A stretch of 64,000 nt of DNA from the human T2T-CHM13v2.0 reference genome, Homo sapiens: assembly GCF_009914755.1 (NCBI RefSeq), contig NC_060947.1. One strand, 5' to 3'. Numbering within the stretch: the stretch's first letter is position 1; every line of letters starts with the position of its first letter. Positions 60,709-64,000 of this stretch are shown here, in pieces. A program made the position numbers and the translations under genes. The notes beneath the pieces are model-generated. The model was not told where the DNA came from and did not search any database. It saw nothing but the letters and a program-made list of their open reading frames with translations.

Positions 60709-61273
60709 TTCAACTTTTATTTTAGATTCAGGGGATACATGTGCAGGTTTGTTACATGGGTGTATTGTGTGATGCCGAGGTTTGGGATATGGATGATCTT
60801 GTCACCATGGTAGTAAGCATAGTATTCAATGGTTTTTCAACCCTTGTTCTCCTCTCTCCCTCCTTCTTCTAGTAGTACCCAGTGTCTATTTTTGCCATCT
60901 TTATGTCCATGAGTACCCAACGTTTAGCTCTCATAAATAAGAACATGCAGTATTTGGTTTCCTGTTCCTGCATTAATTCCCTTAGGAGAATAGCCTCTAG
61001 CTGTATCCATATTGCTGCAAAAGACATGATTTTGTTCTTATTTATGTCTACATAGTATTCCATGGTATATCTTTACCACATTTTCTTGATCCATTCCGCC
61101 ATCGATGGGCGCTTACGTTGATTTCATGTCTTTGCTATTGTGAATAATGCTGTGATGAACATATAAGTGCAGGTATATTTTTGGTAGAATGATTTATTTT
61201 CTTTTGTATATATACCGAGTAATAGGATTGCTGGGTCAAATGGTAGTTCTGTATTAAGTTCCTTGAGAAATCT
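60709..61273 (-). mobile_element. L1PB/L1PA16-like 3' fragment, host of the 54769-60708 L1
   Basis: TTTTAGATTCAGGGGATACATGTGCAGGTTTGTTACATGGGT...; ORF2 end on the minus strand (60869-61063). Confidence 0.85.
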
Positions 61274-61595
61274 AGGAGTCAGTTTTAAAAATTGTTCTCA
61301 ATCATTGTTTGGCCCATGGTGTATAAATGAATTTGCTTAAGTTGCATATGCATATGGATGAGAATCCTTTGTACTGTTTTAATGATATTTAGCCCTATTT
61401 GATGTCCCATTTACCTTAATCGTAGCTTTTGCATTTAGGAATTATTAGCACATCAAAACTTGCTAATTGTTGGAAAACTTCTGCCTGTTGCTAGAGCTTA
61501 CTCATAGTTAATACCAAGAGGAAGCTGAGTATAAGTAGTATTAGATAAAAATCTATTGTACTTGTAATAAAAAATACTCTATGAAATGTCATTGA

Positions 61596-61917
<322 letters not shown>

Positions 61918-63210
61918 AAAGCTACCTTATTTTGAGATCTCAGTGTACCTAAGTATAATTCTAGAAATGTTTTTCTATGCATTCTTTAGGTATACTGAAC
62001 TTCCAGAATTTGGAGGCACTTTGAAATTGGTTCAATGTGTAGAAAAGTCTGGATAGTAAGGGATCTAAGCACTTTTTTTGTTTGTTTCTTGGCATTTCCA
62101 GGATATCTTATTTTTAGAAAAGCCTGAGTGCTTGTGATACATGGCCACAGCACACTGGCCATGTCTCAGGTGACAAGGACCAGGAGTTTGTGTTCTATAA
62201 CTACGCAATGCTGGCATCATTCTAGTGTGGAGAAGCCTCCTGGTTTGATTCATTATAGGATTTGTTTATTTCAAAAGTTAGGACTAGTGGGTGGGTGTGT
62301 AGCTCAGGGCACACATGCTGCTCTCCCTTCTCTAAATTTCTGTATCAACATACCATGCAGTGAAAGAGCATTTGGTTGTCACCTGCCCTTTATTTTTCGT
62401 TTCTGATTACTTCCTACAAGTGGGATGTCTTGGTCAAAATGTATGAGCAGTGTTAGGGTTAAATTTTATCATACATGTCTCTCCTTTACCCTAATTTAAT
62501 ATTGTTAATATTTGGCACATATTTTCACACAGCCTAATTCTCTCTCTCTCTCTCCCCCCATTTTATTACTATTGTAAGTTGCATCAAGAAACTTTACCCC
62601 TAAATTATTCTGCATGCATCACCTACAAATAATGACATTGTCCTACATAACTACATCAGCACTGTCACGCCCAAGAAAATGAACAATATTTCCATGATAC
62701 TATCTAACTGGCTCATACCTTTCTTTTTTTTCCTCTCTTTTTTTAAAGCTGGGCTGCTTTCTCAGGGTTCATACATTTCTGTGCCACTTTTCCCCACACT
62801 GTTTTTTCTACATGGATTGTGCCTCAGTGAGCTAGTATAGCTCACCAAACTCTTTACTTTTCTTAGGGTTCAAATTCCAATTCTACCTCTTCCATGAAAC
62901 ATACATAGAAAACCCCAACTGTCTCGAATCTCTAGTGAAATCATGCTCCTGGAACACTAAATTATCTGTATTAGTCACTAATGTGGTACCTGTTCTCTAT
63001 TGTCAACTGCTTTATGTAAATATCTCTTGTCTCCCCAGTAATATTTTTTGTCTCCCAAACTTCAATTATTTACTTACCACTTTCACGATTTTTGCCACAT
63101 CCTTGCCATCAATATTATTTACATACTTTAAAATTATTTAAATAAATAAATAAATAAATCTATATTAGTTTTGTCCTAAGCTATCTGGAGAATTCTCGGT
63201 TTGATGTGAA

Positions 63211-63655
63211 GTATTACTTTCCTAGAATTGCTGAAACAAACTACCACAAACTAGGTGGGTTAAAACAAGAGAAATGTGTTCTCTCACTGTTCTGGAGGCC
63301 AGAAATCTGAAATCAAGTTATTGTCAGGGTCATGCTGCCTCTGAAGGCTTTAGTGAAGAAACTTTTCCTTGCCTCTTCCAGCTTCTGGTACATATAGGTA
63401 TTCTTTGGCTTGTAGCCCCATCACCCCACTGTCAGCCTGCATCTTCACATTACCTTCTCCTCTGTGGCTCTGTGCGTTATTCCTCTGTATGTCTCTTATA
63501 AGGACACTAGTCATTGAATTTAGGGCCCACCCAGATAATCCAGCAGGATCTCTTCAAGATCTTTAATTACATCTGCAAAGATACTTTTTCCAAAAAGACT
63601 CTGGGAATTGAGGTGTAGACGAGTGTTTTTGAGGGTCACCATTCAGCCCACTACA
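63211..63655 (-). mobile_element. MLT1 (MaLR) solo LTR
   Basis: ACAAACTACCACAAACTAGGTGG...TTCTGGAGGCCAGAAATCTGAAATCAAG...ATTACATCTGCAAAGA...ATTCAGCCCACTACA. Confidence 0.88.
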
Positions 63656-64000
63656 ATGTGTTATATATATTTTCCAATGTACAGTACAATAGAGTAAGCA
63701 TAAATATTAAAATAAAATAACTTCATCCATGTATTACCCAAAAACAACCTTAGATTCTTTGAGAAACAAAAACTGATTTAGTATTTTTCACATTTTCTAT
63801 AGTTTTGTGCTAGGTACTAAGCAAATACCTAGTGAACAAATATATGCATACATATACATATGTACATACATTTGTACATTTATGATCTCATTTTGCCTGA
63901 TTGTGGCTACTACCATCCCAATCTCTTAAAATTGCCGGGTTTGTTAGATTAAGTCTAGGTTTCTAATAATACCCATCTCCATCCACCGCTCCATTTTCTA

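Overview
Primate (most likely human) genomic DNA, not prokaryotic. The window holds the 5' end of KLF8 on the + strand (Kruppel-like factor 8, X-linked in human). A CpG-island promoter lies at ~35.4-36.8 kb. Coding exon 1 (ATG GTC G, 36666-36672) is separated by a 16,892-nt intron from exon 2 (53565-53638); together they encode MVDMDKLINNLEVQLNSEGGSMQVFKQ. The remaining exons lie beyond the window. Most of the rest is transposon-derived: L1s of several ages, a complete THE1 provirus, solo LTRs (LTR12, MER52-group, MER57, MLT), 17 Alu-family copies, Tigger3, MER5/MER53, MIR/L2, and an RPL23A processed pseudogene in intron 1. Nearly all supplied ORFs are repeat-derived. I found no new gene or defence-type system. 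The most unusual structure is a ~600-bp mosaic in intron 1 (40180-40778): three segments copied from nearby DNA (one direct, two inverted) joined by TA/TG microsatellite linkers. There are further templated or snap-back insertion scars at 57366-57427 and 60367-60440. Also notable are a dual-frame exon 1 coupled to exon 2 skipping, a candidate recursive splice site at 46168/46169, and an orphan ~730-bp insert inside an L1. Repeat subfamily names come from recalled consensus sequences and many boundaries are approximate.
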